A stretch of 64,000 nucleotides of DNA, taken from Clostridia bacterium (GTDB lineage Bacteria > Bacillota > Clostridia > Christensenellales > CAG-138). Below the pieces are notes generated by a model. That model was not told where the DNA came from and did not search any database. It saw nothing but the letters and a program-made list of their open reading frames with translations. Shown piece by piece: positions 63,599-64,000 of this stretch (position 1 is the first letter of the stretch; each line of letters opens with the position of its first letter). Location: the NCBI GenBank assembly GCA_017525875.1, contig JAFXSG010000004.1:76738-140737 (forward strand). Reading direction: 5' to 3'. The translations under genes were made by a program, and so were the position numbers.

Positions 63599-64000
63599 TC
63601 ATCCTTTGGTGAGCTCAACGGTGAACAGCGCGGACGGCCCGTCCGCACAAAAGACGAAATAATCCTCCTCGTCGGTCTCGGCAAAACGGGCGACTCCGTC
63701 ACGGAGGCCGTACACGAGCGCGAATTCGTTGGGCTCGAGCCTTAGCATACACCGGTCGCCGTCCGCGAGAAAGCGCATGTCGCCGCTCGCTTTGGCTTTT
63801 CGGAGCATCAGGTTGAGGTCCCTCGCGCGGCCGACGCAGTGCGTTGGCGCGCCGCCGTCGAAGCGGTGGACGGTCTTCCCGGGCTCGATGACCGTGATCT
63901 CTCCGCTGCTGCCGTGGGTCAGGTCCATCGCGCCTTCGATCGAGCCGATGATGCGGTCGTAATCGGGCAGGGAGGTGAAATCGGATTCATCGAGCTCCAC
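63599..64000 (-). CDS. Hypothetical protein, 5'-truncated by the window edge
   Basis: Open frame running into the window end. The first codon shown as M in the track is GTG at the boundary. No family recognised, and it does not look like Pth. Confidence 0.45.
   Translation of the reverse strand: MELDESDFTSLPDYDRIIGSIEGAMDLTHGSSGEITVIEPGKTVHRFDGGAPTHCVGRARDLNLMLRKAKASGDMRFLADGDRCMLRLEPNEFALVYGLRDGVARFAETDEEDYFVFCADGPSALFTVELTKG

Noticed and set aside
1-64000. Search for tRNA, rRNA, tmRNA, transposase, integrase, phage or cas genes
   Set aside because: Nothing resembling them was recognised in any intergenic region or ORF translation. Intergenic regions are short, apart from those reported above.

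Overview
64-kb window from a high-G+C (over 60% by eye) chromosome. Gene content and order point to Firmicutes/Clostridia: rimO-pgsA-cinA-recA, ylmE(yggS)-sepF-divIVA, DUF2232-rplI-dnaB, mfd, RNase Y and cohesin/dockerin proteins. This taxonomic call is inference only. I support about 48 protein-coding genes. I found no rRNA, tRNA, CRISPR, transposase, integrase or phage genes. Most of the window is housekeeping: RNA decay, iron and K+ uptake, glycogen synthase, cell division, recombination/repair, replication helicase, ABC transporters and a MoxR-DUF58-transglutaminase operon. Six things are worth a second look. (1) A dispersed 180-185 bp element I do not recognise has three copies. It is built from the 9-mer AGCTAAATT alternating with variable mini-hairpins, and the 9-mer flips orientation at a conserved centre. 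Two copies lie in inverted orientation around a 5.9-kb four-gene segment. One copy abuts a low-G+C four-helix-bundle (IVS-protein/Avd-like) gene. (2) A non-cellulosomal cohesin-dockerin system: a 1490-aa surface scaffoldin-like protein with 4 cohesins and 3 cleaved-adhesin-like modules, plus two dockerin-bearing partners. One partner is a subtilisin that shares an unassigned ~120-aa module with the scaffoldin. (3) A dense DnaA-box cluster in a gene-free 540-bp spacer, away from any dnaA/dnaN. (4) A ~315-nt structured leader behind a near-consensus promoter upstream of an NlpC/P60 cell-wall hydrolase. (5) An ABC-transporter leader with triplicated anti-SD-containing CCTCCGCGG/CCGCGG segments. 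(6) A DUF2232-rplI-dnaB locus with no gene between DUF2232 and rplI, where Bacillus subtilis carries gdpP. Many long ORFs in the six-frame track are antisense shadows typical of GC-rich DNA and were not called. All family assignments rest on motif recognition by eye; no database search was run.
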